The notes below the pieces were generated by a model that was not told where the DNA came from, did no database searches, and saw only the letters and a list, made by a program, of their open reading frames with translations. A stretch of DNA of 63,992 bases, counting the filler, from an uncultured Methanosarcinales archaeon (GTDB lineage Archaea > Nanobdellota > Nanobdellia > Woesearchaeales > CALCXY01), in assembly GCA_964385185.1 (NCBI GenBank). It is 4 parts of 4 records of this genome, joined end to end, with 100 filler letters (N's around TTAATTAATTAA, not from the genome) between each part and the next. Parts side by side here need not be neighbours in the genome. Positions count along the whole stretch, not along the records: positions 26,178 to 50,852 come from CAYLOA010000016.1; positions 50,953 to 61,924 come from CAYLOA010000029.1; 2 more parts are not named here. One strand, 5' to 3'. The position numbers were made by a program, and so were the translations under genes. Below are positions 49,981 to 58,981 of this stretch, piece by piece. The first letter of the stretch is position 1; each line of letters starts with the position of its first letter.

Positions 49981-50082
49981 TCAAACTCCCCTTCGTTATG
50001 AGCTGACAGCAAACTTATTTTGGGCCCTGCTGCTCAAGTAATGCTCCAGGGAGCGAGGTTGACCGGAATTATTAGTTCCGAT
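49981..50082 (-). ncRNA. Candidate structured cis-regulatory leader RNA of the radA operon
   Basis: GC-rich multi-hairpin region starting about 25 nt after TATA box 50107-50114; G-U wobbles favour the minus strand. Confidence 0.55.
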
Positions 50083-50208
50083 CTGTATAATAGGTAGATT
50101 TGGTGGTTTAAATAGTCTACCCGTGGTTGTCTTGTGGTTGTGGTTAAAATTTACGAGAATTAGGGTGATTTTCGGAAGAATTGTGGTTTTTGAGGGTTGG
50201 AATAGACA

Positions 50209-50652
50209 TTAGAATAATTTTAATACAATCAGTGCAAATAGAATTATTGTGAAGGCTTTTTCTACTATTGATCCTGTTGTTATAGGGCCGTGTATTCTTG
50301 CTTTGAGGGGCCAAAAGGGTTGGATACCTTGTTTTGTTGTTGCGTCTAAGAATAGGTGAGACATGTATCCGATGAAAATTGCAACAGCTGTTTTGAACGA
50401 GAAAATGTTTATGAAGAGTGCTAAGAGGATGGCAAAGGGAAGTGAGTGATAGATTCCTCTGTGGCCGAACAGGAATTTGCTTAGTCCAGGTAGGAGGGGA
50501 ACTCTTCTTCCTAGATATGATTTTGTTTCATCAAGGTCTGGGAGGAGTGCTCCGACAAGGATGAAAAAAATGAAGAATATGCCTCCTCCGAAATAGCTTT
50601 TTGTATATAATGCGAGGAGTAATGCGAATAGGAGATGTGAGTGGTAATTCAT
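50209..50652 (-). CDS. Membrane-bound metal-dependent hydrolase (YdjM-like)
   Basis: SH, LLPDLD, HRGIYHS, SHLFLD. Confidence 0.85.
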   Translation of the reverse strand: MNYHSHLLFALLLALYTKSYFGGGIFFIFFILVGALLPDLDETKSYLGRRVPLLPGLSKFLFGHRGIYHSLPFAILLALFINIFSFKTAVAIFIGYMSHLFLDATTKQGIQPFWPLKARIHGPITTGSIVEKAFTIILFALIVLKLF

Positions 50653-50852
50653 GATGCGTTTTCTTCGATAACTTCTTGTTCAGGTTGTTTTTGTTCCTCT
50701 GGTGGAATCTCTGTTGGAGTTTCTACAGGAGGTGTTACTGGTTCTGGTGTTTGGGCTGGTGGAGGAGTTGGTTCTTGAACAGGAGTAGGTGTTGGTTCTT
50801 GAGTAGGGGCTGGTTCTGGAGTTACTTCAGGAGTTGGGGCTGGTTCTGGAGT
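50649..50852 (-). CDS. 3' end of a Pro/Glu/Thr-rich protein, cut by contig end
   Basis: TPEPAPTPEVTPEPAPTQEPTP...EENAS-stop, ATGA overlap with the next gene. Confidence 0.6.
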   Translation of the reverse strand, partial: TPEPAPTPEVTPEPAPTQEPTPTPVQEPTPPPAQTPEPVTPPVETPTEIPPEEQKQPEQEVIEENAS

Positions 50853-50952
50853 NNNNNNNNNNNNNNNNNNNNNNNNNNNNNNNNNNNNNNNNNNNNTTAA
50901 TTAATTAANNNNNNNNNNNNNNNNNNNNNNNNNNNNNNNNNNNNNNNNNNNN
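50853..50952. other. Artificial contig-joining linker
   Basis: N + TTAATTAATTAA + N. Confidence 0.95.
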
Positions 50953-51038
50953 AGATCCTGTTAATCCTGCTGTTGGAAGGATTTGGTTACGGACTGATTT
51001 AGAATAAATATATATAGTTTCTAGATTTTATATTATGT

Positions 51039-51710
51039 ATGGATGATATTATACCTTCGGATTTTCATGATGGTGAAGATTTTGAAGAAGATAGATGGTA
51101 TAAAGGCCCTCTGAAGATTATCTTAGGGATTGGATTAGGGATATTAGTTATTATGATGATTGTTCCTTTGTATGCTGTCAAGTTAGATCCTAGCCCTCAA
51201 GGTGTTCCTACACTTTCTGATGTTGTTGGAGAGGATTTTGATGGAGGTAATGTGAGTATTTATGGGGGAAATTATGGAGAATATGTTACCTTAGTAGATG
51301 GATCTGATGCTCGAGTGAAATTAGTTGCCGATAAAATTGTGGGGAGAAGTTGTGAGAGTGGTCAACGAGTATGTTTTGCAAAAGCATTGTTTTATTTTGT
51401 ACGAGATGAGTTTGATTATGTCAACGATCCTTTAGCATATGACTATGTGAAGAGTGCTCCTCTCAGTTTAGAGAGCACTATAGGAGATTGTGATGACAGC
51501 TCAATTCTCATAGCAAATTTCTTGGATTCTATAGGTATAGAGAGTCGTTTTGTCTTTGTTTCTGGCCATGTTTGGGTACAAGCAAAGATTCCAGAAGCTT
51601 TGGATAGGTATAAAGAAGATGGATGGATTAATTTAGATGGAACATGTCAATATTGTGAATTTGGAGAGATTGGATTGCCTTATGTTGAGATGGAAAGGAG
51701 ATATGTTTAA
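51039..51710 (+). CDS. Membrane-anchored transglutaminase-like protein
   Basis: GDCDD, GHVW, WINLD triad. Confidence 0.8.
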   Translation: MDDIIPSDFHDGEDFEEDRWYKGPLKIILGIGLGILVIMMIVPLYAVKLDPSPQGVPTLSDVVGEDFDGGNVSIYGGNYGEYVTLVDGSDARVKLVADKIVGRSCESGQRVCFAKALFYFVRDEFDYVNDPLAYDYVKSAPLSLESTIGDCDDSSILIANFLDSIGIESRFVFVSGHVWVQAKIPEALDRYKEDGWINLDGTCQYCEFGEIGLPYVEMERRYV

Positions 51711-52328
51711 TTATGCAGCATCATCTTTTACTGGACCTAGAATGTCTCTTACTGTGGTAGGATTATCTAAGAATGCGCTCCATCTATCATAGTGGCGTTG
51801 ATCATGCTTGTCTCCGCCTGGAAAAATCACACTATCCTCGATTATGGCTTCTTTTTCTATCCATAATGTTGATTCATCCATTGTATGGAGTGCTCCATAA
51901 GGGATATTTATCTGTGTAATAGGGAGGGGATTATCTTGACTTTCTTCTCTAAAAACAAAAATATACTCTGTATTGAAATGATCTAATACGCCCTCTTCGA
52001 AAGATCCATGTGGCATACATATTGATCGCCTTTCCATCATATGATCTTGGAGCAAGGGAGTTTCTCCAAAGAGGAGAAGATCTGAGAGTGCACGATACAT
52101 ATTTCTGGAATCGTATTTTGGGTTGAGTACATCAAAGTCATCATCTTCGCTTTCTTCCAGAATAAGACCACAATTATATAGGTTCTCCATATCCTGATTA
52201 TCACATTCAGAAATTATTTCACCATCCCATTCAAGAAGCTCTGCCACAATCTCTTTCAATCTTTTGTTCTCGAGAATTGTTTGCTGGACTATGCCTGGGA
52301 GTAATGTATGTGTGCTGTGATATGTCAT
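51711..52328 (-). CDS. Hypothetical acidic protein
   Basis: 205-aa ORF with upstream TATA box. Confidence 0.55.
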   Translation of the reverse strand: MTYHSTHTLLPGIVQQTILENKRLKEIVAELLEWDGEIISECDNQDMENLYNCGLILEESEDDDFDVLNPKYDSRNMYRALSDLLLFGETPLLQDHMMERRSICMPHGSFEEGVLDHFNTEYIFVFREESQDNPLPITQINIPYGALHTMDESTLWIEKEAIIEDSVIFPGGDKHDQRHYDRWSAFLDNPTTVRDILGPVKDDAA

Positions 52329-52406
52329 GGTAAGTAGGGTTTTGAGTAGTTATATAAAGTTTTGTAAGGGGGCAACATTTATATTCTCTTGTTCTTTTGG
52401 TGTGTT

Positions 52407-52538
52407 ATGGATAAAAAACAGGCTAGATGTCCTAAGTGTGATGCTATATTGATGGAAAGAGAGCAATTTTGTCGAAACTGTCAGGAAAGTGTTAATCGGA
52501 AGGATAAAGAGCATGAACCAGTAACTGTTCCTGGGTAA
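52407..52538 (+). CDS. Small zinc-ribbon protein (43 aa), not in ORF track
   Basis: MDKKQARCPKCDAILMEREQFCRNCQESVNRKDKEHEPVTVPG; TATA box about 23 nt upstream. Confidence 0.6.
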   Translation: MDKKQARCPKCDAILMEREQFCRNCQESVNRKDKEHEPVTVPG

Positions 52539-52666
52539 AATTGACTTTAGACAGTTATTTGGGCATACAGAAAGTTTATGCCAACGAAGTTGGCAACAGT
52601 TTTCATTCCTCATTTCATTCGAAATAAAAACCTTTATAAAGGCCCTGTTGTTTCTGAATAGTATTA

Positions 52667-52697
52667 CCCGTTATACTATCTGTATTAGATAGGAGGG
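52667..52697 (+). promoter_or_regulatory. L1-binding autoregulatory leader overlapping the SD of rpl1
   Basis: CCC-GTTATA-CTATCT/AGATAG-GA-GGG internal loop like the GGAG / CG..AC L1 site. Confidence 0.6.
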
Positions 52698-52704
52698 CTA
52701 AAAC

Positions 52705-53430
52705 ATGGAAATAAAAAACCTACTAAATACGCTTAAAGAACTTAAGGAAGCTAGTCCTAAGAGAAAATTTCCTCAAACATATGAACTTATTATTAATCTT
52801 AAAGATCTAGATCTTAAGAAACCTGATCAACAAGTTGATTTCTTTGCAAATTTACATCATTCTAAAGGAAAACCAGTAAAGGTTGCTGCTTTAGTCGGTC
52901 CTGAACTGATTAAACAAGCTAAAGAAGAATGTGATTCAGCATTTGCTGTTGATGAATTTGATACTGTTGCTAAAGATAAGAAAGTGTTAAAGAAAATTGC
53001 TTCAGAACATGATTACTTTATTGCTCAAGCAACTGTAATGCCAAAGATTGCTACTAGTTTTGGACGAGTTTTAGGTCCAAAAGGAAAGATGCCTAATCCT
53101 AAGGCAGGATGTGTTGTCCCGCCAAATGCTAACTTAAAACCATTATATGATAAATTACAAAAAACGGTACGAGTTACTGCTAAAACAGCAATGATGATTC
53201 AAGCTCCTGTAGCAACAGAAGCAATGAAAGAAGAAGATATTGCTGATAACATCAAAACATTATACGATCAAATTATTCATCATTTACCTGCTGAGAAAAA
53301 TAATATTCGAAGAGTTTTACTTAAACTTACAATGGGTAAACCTATTAAATTAGATGATAAAGGAAATATTCTGAAGGGAGAAGAAGAACCTGTTGAAGAA
53401 GCTCCTAAAAAAAATACTAAGAGTGAATAA
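52705..53430 (+). CDS. rpl1: 50S ribosomal protein L1
   Basis: RKFPQTYELIINLKD, GRVLGPKGKMP, KLTMG. Confidence 0.95.
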   Translation: MEIKNLLNTLKELKEASPKRKFPQTYELIINLKDLDLKKPDQQVDFFANLHHSKGKPVKVAALVGPELIKQAKEECDSAFAVDEFDTVAKDKKVLKKIASEHDYFIAQATVMPKIATSFGRVLGPKGKMPNPKAGCVVPPNANLKPLYDKLQKTVRVTAKTAMMIQAPVATEAMKEEDIADNIKTLYDQIIHHLPAEKNNIRRVLLKLTMGKPIKLDDKGNILKGEEEPVEEAPKKNTKSE

Positions 53431-53432
53431 AC

Positions 53433-55136
53433 ATGGCAAACGTAGCAGCATACAAAAAGGACGTTGTAAAGAAATTGATTGAGCTATTTGGACAGTACCC
53501 TATTGTAGGAGTACTGAACATGCAAGATCTTCCTGCTGCGCAACTTCAAGTTATGCGAGGAAAGCTTCGTGAAAAAATGGTCATGTTTATGACTAAAAAA
53601 CGATTAATGAAAATTGCTATGGCTGAAGTTATCAAAACTAAGCCTGAGATTAAGAAATTAGCGGACTTGATTGAAAAAGGAATGCCGGCATTATTCTTTA
53701 CTAAAGAGAATCCATTTACTTTGTATAAAACGATCAAGAAGAGTAAAAGTAAGGCTCCAGCAAAACCTGGACAAGAAGCTCCTTATGATATTGAAATTAA
53801 AGCTGGACCTACTCCTTTCCCACCTGGACCTGTTATTTCAGAATTAGGTGCACTTGGATTAAAAACTAAAGTTCAAGATGGAAAAGTTGCTATTCTAGAA
53901 GATGCAGTTGTTGTTAAAGGAGGAGAGAAGATTGCAGATAATGTTGCAAGTATGCTTATGAGACTTGACATTAAACCCATGGAAATTGGACTTGATTTAG
54001 TCGGTGTCTTGGAGAATGGAGAAATCCTTCAACGAGATATTTTAGATATAGATGAAGATAAATTCATGGCTGATCTTGAAAACAGTGTTAAGTGGGCTAT
54101 TAACTTAAGTGTTGAAGTTGCTTGGCCAACTAAGGATACTATTGGATTAATGATAGGTAAAACATACCGAGATAGTAAAGCTGTCGGGATTGAAGCCGGT
54201 ATTATGGCTGATGCGATTAAAGATGACGTTTTAGCTAAGGTTGAACGACAAGCTCAATCTGTAAAAGAAGCTGGAAATGTTTCTGATGCTCCTAAGGAAG
54301 AACCTAAAGATGAAGATCCTAAGGAAGAAGTAAAAGAAGAACCAAAGGTTGAAGAAGAACCTAAAGTTGAAGAGAAGGCTCCTGAACCAGAAGCACCTAA
54401 GGAGGAGCCAAAAGTAGAGGAAGCTCCTAAAGAGGTAAAAGAAGAGCCTAAGGTTGAAGAAGCTCCTAAGGAAGAAGTTAAAGAAGAAGCTAAGATTGAG
54501 GAAGAACCTGCTCCTGAAGTTAAGGAAGAACCTAAAGTTGAAGAACAAGCTGAAGAATCAAAAGAGCCTAAAGAAGAAGGAGAAGAAGTGAGTGAACAAC
54601 CACCTGCTGACGTTTCTCCTGGGGTTCCAAGTCATACTGAACAAGTAGAAAAGAAGAAAGAACAAGCTGAGATTGCAAAAGAGGCTGAAAAAGAAGAAGT
54701 TGTAGCTGAAGAAGCAAAGAAAGAAGAGATTAAAGCAGAAGTTGAAAAGAAAGATGACGTTCAAGAGCAGAAAGCGGAAGCGGTTGCTCAAGAAGAAGTA
54801 AAAGAAGTTGTAGAAGAACAGAAAGAAGTTGAAGCTAAGGTTGAACAACAAAGTGTAGAAGTAGATGAAACTGCTAAACAAGTTGAGAAATTAGTCAAAC
54901 AAGCTCGAGAGAGAGAACATGGTGCAGAGAATACTGCTGAAGATTTACTCAAAGAAGTAAGTGATGATATTTCTGAAGCTAAGGCTGAGCAAAAGAAAGT
55001 TGATACAGAAGAAAAGAAAATTGAGAAAGATACTTCAAAAGAAATGGACGATGCTAAAGATAAAGAGGAAAAAAAGAGGAAAGAGGTAGAGGACCTAACA
55101 GCTGAGCTGTTAAAAAAGGGAACTCTACGTGACTGA
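53433..55136 (+). CDS. rplP0: 50S ribosomal protein L10/P0 with long acidic C-terminal extension
   Basis: ENPFTL, APAKPG, GPTPFPPGP, three stalk helices, then EEPKVEE-type repeats. Confidence 0.93.
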   Translation: MANVAAYKKDVVKKLIELFGQYPIVGVLNMQDLPAAQLQVMRGKLREKMVMFMTKKRLMKIAMAEVIKTKPEIKKLADLIEKGMPALFFTKENPFTLYKTIKKSKSKAPAKPGQEAPYDIEIKAGPTPFPPGPVISELGALGLKTKVQDGKVAILEDAVVVKGGEKIADNVASMLMRLDIKPMEIGLDLVGVLENGEILQRDILDIDEDKFMADLENSVKWAINLSVEVAWPTKDTIGLMIGKTYRDSKAVGIEAGIMADAIKDDVLAKVERQAQSVKEAGNVSDAPKEEPKDEDPKEEVKEEPKVEEEPKVEEKAPEPEAPKEEPKVEEAPKEVKEEPKVEEAPKEEVKEEAKIEEEPAPEVKEEPKVEEQAEESKEPKEEGEEVSEQPPADVSPGVPSHTEQVEKKKEQAEIAKEAEKEEVVAEEAKKEEIKAEVEKKDDVQEQKAEAVAQEEVKEVVEEQKEVEAKVEQQSVEVDETAKQVEKLVKQAREREHGAENTAEDLLKEVSDDISEAKAEQKKVDTEEKKIEKDTSKEMDDAKDKEEKKRKEVEDLTAELLKKGTLRD

Positions 55137-55143
55137 TCAAGGT

Positions 55144-55242
55144 GTACGTGTTTGATGATATTGGGCCCAGCGGCCATTTTATTTTGCTACGCAAAATAAC
55201 CGCTGCACCGGCACCAATATCACCATCAACACCAAGATGTAC
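55144..55242 (+). promoter_or_regulatory. Long irregular hairpin between P0 and P1 genes
   Basis: Nested stems TGATATTGG/CCAATATCA, GCC/GGC, CAGCGG/CCGCTG, TTATTTTGC/GCAAAATAA. Confidence 0.6.
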
Positions 55243-55254
55243 GGAGGAATAAAA

Positions 55255-55572
55255 ATGGAATATATATATGCGGCAATGTTGCTCCACAAAGCTGGGCAAA
55301 AAGTTGAAGAAGCAAGTGTAAAAAAAGTACTAGAATCTGCAGGTGTCCAAGTGGACGATGGCAGAGTTAAAGCTCTTGTAGCTTCATTAGATGGTGTTAA
55401 TATCGATGAAGCTATTGAAAAAGCTGCAGCTGCTCCAGTTGCTGCTGCTCCTGCTGCAGAAGGCGGAGAAGCAAAAGCTGAAGATGGAGAAGAAAAGAAG
55501 AAAGAAAGTGAAGAAGACTCCAAAAAAGCTGAAGAACAAGCCTCAGCAGGGCTCGGTGCTCTGTTTGGCTAA
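55255..55572 (+). CDS. rpl12: 50S ribosomal protein L12/P1
   Basis: [11 protein letters not shown]...[15 protein letters not shown]. Confidence 0.96.
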   Translation: MEYIYAAMLLHKAGQKVEEASVKKVLESAGVQVDDGRVKALVASLDGVNIDEAIEKAAAAPVAAAPAAEGGEAKAEDGEEKKKESEEDSKKAEEQASAGLGALFG

Positions 55573-55586
55573 ATGTGCGTGATTGC

Positions 55587-56510
55587 ATGCCTGAGAAGAC
55601 GAAACTAGATGCAGAACCAAAACTGTCAAAAGAAGAAACAGATGATCTGGTTAGTGAACTCTCTTCAAAGCATGAAGAAATCACTGCGCTAAAGGCTCAG
55701 TTAACCAAACTTAATCAAGCTAAGGAAGCTGCTTTCGATAAACGAGAGCAGCTTTCTAAGTCTATTTCTCAGCACATTACACATATTAAGACTTCTAAAG
55801 TAGAACGAGATAAAAATACAGGTAATGTGAAGCAAATTAAGGCTAAGCGTGACTCTTTTAACAAAATTGTTCGTGAGAAACAGAAAGAGTTGGCCCCTTT
55901 AGAGAAAGAGAAGGAGGATTTAGTTATTAAACATAAAATTAAAGGTAATCCTCAAATTCTTAAGAAAGAAATTCAGAAATTAGAATATTCATTAGAAACC
56001 AATGTTGTTGGTTTTGAAAAAGAGAAGGAATTGAATAAACATATCAAACAATTAAAAAAGCAATTAGGAGATTCAGATGTTGTTAATGTTGTTGTTGAGA
56101 AAATTACTGTTTTGAGAAAAGAAGTACGTGATGCTCGAACGGAAGCTCAGAAATTGCATAAACAAGTTATGGAAATTGCATCTGCTAGTCAGAAAAAACA
56201 TGAATCTATCGTTGGAGAGAGTAAAGAGATTGATACGATTAAAGATACTGAGAAAAATGCTAATGATGAATTTTTGAAAAGGAAGAAAGCTTATCAAGAG
56301 ATTAACGATCAAGTTAAGAAGAAATTTGATGAAATTCATGATATTAATAAAAAATTAGGTCGGATTAAGAAAGAAGAAGAGATGGTTCAGAAAGATAAAG
56401 ATAATGAAATTCTTAAGAGTAAAGAAGAGATTGTTCAAGAGAAAATAAAGACTGGTGGAAAATTAACTACAGAAGATTTACTTGTTATGCAGAAAGTTAT
56501 GAAGGATTGA
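55587..56510 (+). CDS. Archaeal coiled-coil protein (COG1340-like)
   Basis: Long coiled coil, LEYSLET..EKEKEL, C-terminal GGKLTTEDLL. Confidence 0.75.
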   Translation: MPEKTKLDAEPKLSKEETDDLVSELSSKHEEITALKAQLTKLNQAKEAAFDKREQLSKSISQHITHIKTSKVERDKNTGNVKQIKAKRDSFNKIVREKQKELAPLEKEKEDLVIKHKIKGNPQILKKEIQKLEYSLETNVVGFEKEKELNKHIKQLKKQLGDSDVVNVVVEKITVLRKEVRDARTEAQKLHKQVMEIASASQKKHESIVGESKEIDTIKDTEKNANDEFLKRKKAYQEINDQVKKKFDEIHDINKKLGRIKKEEEMVQKDKDNEILKSKEEIVQEKIKTGGKLTTEDLLVMQKVMKD

Positions 56511-56777
56511 TTATTTATTCTCTATTTTTTCTTTAGGAGCTTCTTTTGCTGGTGCTTTATCGTCCTTTGGAGCATCTTTCATTTCTGTGTAGTATGTTTT
56601 ACCGCATGTACTTCTATTCTTATGATTAGCCATAAAGTATCCTGAACCTGCTTTAGGTGAGAATGGATTCTTTCTCGTAAGTTTACCGTCTTTAACTTCG
56701 TATAATTTCCAAACTTGGTAAGGCTTACCTTTCTTTACTGGGCCACCACCTTGTTCTGGTTTTTTATCGTCTGCCAT
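56511..56777 (-). CDS. rps27ae: 30S ribosomal protein S27ae
   Basis: YEVKDGKLTRKN..PKAG.GYFMANHKNRSTCGK; follows rps24e. Confidence 0.88.
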   Translation of the reverse strand: MADDKKPEQGGGPVKKGKPYQVWKLYEVKDGKLTRKNPFSPKAGSGYFMANHKNRSTCGKTYYTEMKDAPKDDKAPAKEAPKEKIENK

Positions 56778-56779
56778 TT

Positions 56780-57130
56780 TTATTCCTTCTTAGCCTCTTC
56801 TTTTGGAGCTTCTTCTTTCTTTTCTTCAGCCTTAGGTGCTTCCTCTGCAGGAGCGTCTCCTTCAGCTTTCTTTACTTTCTTTTTTGGTTCGAATTCTTCT
56901 TTCTTTTCTTTAGATTCGTAATTGTAAGCAGTAACTATTGCTGATCTTGATCCGAAGTTTGTTGCGATTTTCTTAACTACGATTTTTTCAACGGTAGACT
57001 TAGTTGCATCTGCAACTGCTTTAGCAACATCTTCTTTTTTTGGTGTAGCTGCTTCAAATGTAAGCTTACCAGTAAGTTCTTCTCTTCCTAGAAGTGGATT
57101 TTTATTTGTATTTGTTATTTCGATTGCCAT
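56780..57130 (-). CDS. rps24e: 30S ribosomal protein S24e
   Basis: NPLLGREE, ATP, TNFG. Confidence 0.9.
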   Translation of the reverse strand: MAIEITNTNKNPLLGREELTGKLTFEAATPKKEDVAKAVADATKSTVEKIVVKKIATNFGSRSAIVTAYNYESKEKKEEFEPKKKVKKAEGDAPAEEAPKAEEKKEEAPKEEAKKE

Positions 57131-57318
57131 TATCTTACCTTTAATGCGAATTCTCCTTTTACAGTTACGTTAATTTTTTTTGCAATCTCTGATTTTTCTG
57201 GATCTGCTATAAAAACTCTTCCTTGGAAACTATTTGCAGTCTCTTTACTTTTACATAATGGGCATTGTGTCCCATCGTAAAAATGTCTACATTGTTTGCA
57301 CGTTTTTCTTTTGCTCAT
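57130..57318 (-). CDS. spt4: Transcription elongation factor Spt4 (RpoE'')
   Basis: CKQC..CPLC..DPEKSEIAKK..GEFALKVR. Confidence 0.93.
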   Translation of the reverse strand: MSKRKTCKQCRHFYDGTQCPLCKSKETANSFQGRVFIADPEKSEIAKKINVTVKGEFALKVR

Positions 57319-57899
57319 TTTTTCTCTTTCTTCTCTTCTTTTTCTTCTTTCTTACCTGATTTCTTAGCGTTTTCTTCGTCAACCCATTCTGTTTTTCCTA
57401 AGAATGGTTGTCTCATGGTAAGTCCCAATTTTGGATTTGCAATATCTTTGAATGAAACAGCAATAACTCTTGCTCGTAATTTATCTCCTACTTTCAATAC
57501 TTTATTTGATTCTTTTCCCGTTAATGTTTTCTCTTTACTGAATGATACGAAATCATCCATTGTTTGTGATACGTGGATCATTCCTTCTAGTGGTCCTAGA
57601 TTGATGAATGCTCCAAAATCAGCAATATCTTTGATTTTTCCTAGTAATACTTCTTGTAATTCGGGTCTGAAGATTAATAATTCAAATTGTGTGTCATAAT
57701 AGGAAGCTCCATCCCCTGGGATGATTGTTCCTTCACCGATATCTTCAACGTTTGCTACGTCGATAACGACACCTAAGTCTTTATCAATATAACCTTCGAA
57801 TTTCTTTCTGATTCTTTTAGTAACTGCATCTTGTAAATCCAGTCCAAAATGGTCAGGCGGAACCCTAATATGGTCTTTTATTTTTGCTCTATAAAACAT
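57315..57899 (-). CDS. rpo7: RNA polymerase subunit Rpo7 (RpoE')
   Basis: IRVPP, IPGDGA, FGAFINLGP, LTMRQPFLGK. Confidence 0.95.
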   Translation of the reverse strand: MFYRAKIKDHIRVPPDHFGLDLQDAVTKRIRKKFEGYIDKDLGVVIDVANVEDIGEGTIIPGDGASYYDTQFELLIFRPELQEVLLGKIKDIADFGAFINLGPLEGMIHVSQTMDDFVSFSKEKTLTGKESNKVLKVGDKLRARVIAVSFKDIANPKLGLTMRQPFLGKTEWVDEENAKKSGKKEEKEEKKEKK

Positions 57900-57976
57900 A
57901 TTATAAGGGATTTGAGAGGGGTTTTTAAAGGTTTCTTTTTTAAATGGATGTATTTAAATGCAGGTTGGGATTCTTA

Positions 57977-58867
57977 ATGGATATGACTATTGGAAATACA
58001 CTTCAGAAGGGAAATAGTGTTAAAATTGGAGGATCTCAATATACTGTACAGAAGATTGAGAAAAAAAGGCATAAGGAGTCTAGTGCAAACTGCTACCAAT
58101 GTGTTTCTAAAGATATGTCTTTTTTTGTGAAACATTATAACGGAATAATGGATGAAGATAACCGATGGAGTCATGAAATAGATATTCAAGGTGCATTAGG
58201 AGATAATAATCCTCATATTTTAAATTTAATTGATGCCGATAGAAAAGGGGATCAAAGCTATCTTGTGTTTCCATGGTTAAATGGGAGTTCATTAGATAAG
58301 CTTAATCGAAATATTTCTCTAGGCATCGCTAATTATTGGAATTTGTTACCTTCTGTATTGGATGGGTTGACTTATGTTCATTCTAAAGAGATAGTACATA
58401 GAGATATCAAACCAGCCAACATTTTTTTACATGCTGAAGGTGATTTAGAAGAAGCTATTGGCAACAGAACATGTACTCCTGTAATCACTGATTTCGAACT
58501 TGCTATTAGAATTCAAGATCTGGAGGAGGAGGAAGATGAGGACTCCACAAGTGGTACACCTGTGTATATGGTTCCAGAACAAGTATTGGCACCTAAAACA
58601 ATAGATCAAAGGACGGATATATATTCCTTAGGAATATCTAGTTATGAAATGCTCACAGGTATAAGACCATTTAGAAGTTATAGTATTGAAAATGTTCTAA
58701 GTAGAATATTATTTTGGGAAGCTATTAATATGAGGATGTTGGTGCCTACTATTCCAAAGGAAATCTCAGAAATTGCTCACAAAATGATGGAAAAAGGTCC
58801 AAAAGATAGATATCAATCTGCTGAAGAGTTAAAGAAGATTGTGTGTGAGCAGATAGAAGTAATTTAA
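57977..58867 (+). CDS. Hanks-type Ser/Thr protein kinase, atypical motifs
   Basis: HRDIKPAN, GTPVYMVPE, DIYSLG; DFE instead of DFG. Confidence 0.85.
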   Translation: MDMTIGNTLQKGNSVKIGGSQYTVQKIEKKRHKESSANCYQCVSKDMSFFVKHYNGIMDEDNRWSHEIDIQGALGDNNPHILNLIDADRKGDQSYLVFPWLNGSSLDKLNRNISLGIANYWNLLPSVLDGLTYVHSKEIVHRDIKPANIFLHAEGDLEEAIGNRTCTPVITDFELAIRIQDLEEEEDEDSTSGTPVYMVPEQVLAPKTIDQRTDIYSLGISSYEMLTGIRPFRSYSIENVLSRILFWEAINMRMLVPTIPKEISEIAHKMMEKGPKDRYQSAEELKKIVCEQIEVI

Positions 58868-58981
58868 TTAATATACTAACATCTGAGAGTAGTGGTATAT
58901 GTAAGTTTAATAGGACTGACTAAGATAGGTATTAATTTATTCTGGTAAATTATATAAAGGTGAATTCATATATAATTATCT

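Noticed and set aside
49981..50082. SRP RNA or RNase P RNA
   Set aside because: Too short and lacks the SRP helix-8 and RNase P P4 signatures.
55133..55158. CTGA and TGATGA as C/D-box sRNA
   Set aside because: Boxes are in the wrong order with no downstream D box; CTGA is the P0 stop codon.
54231..55177. Antisense Phe/Ser-rich ORFs here, and similar shadow ORFs throughout the window
   Set aside because: Mirror images of low-complexity or well-supported genes on the other strand.
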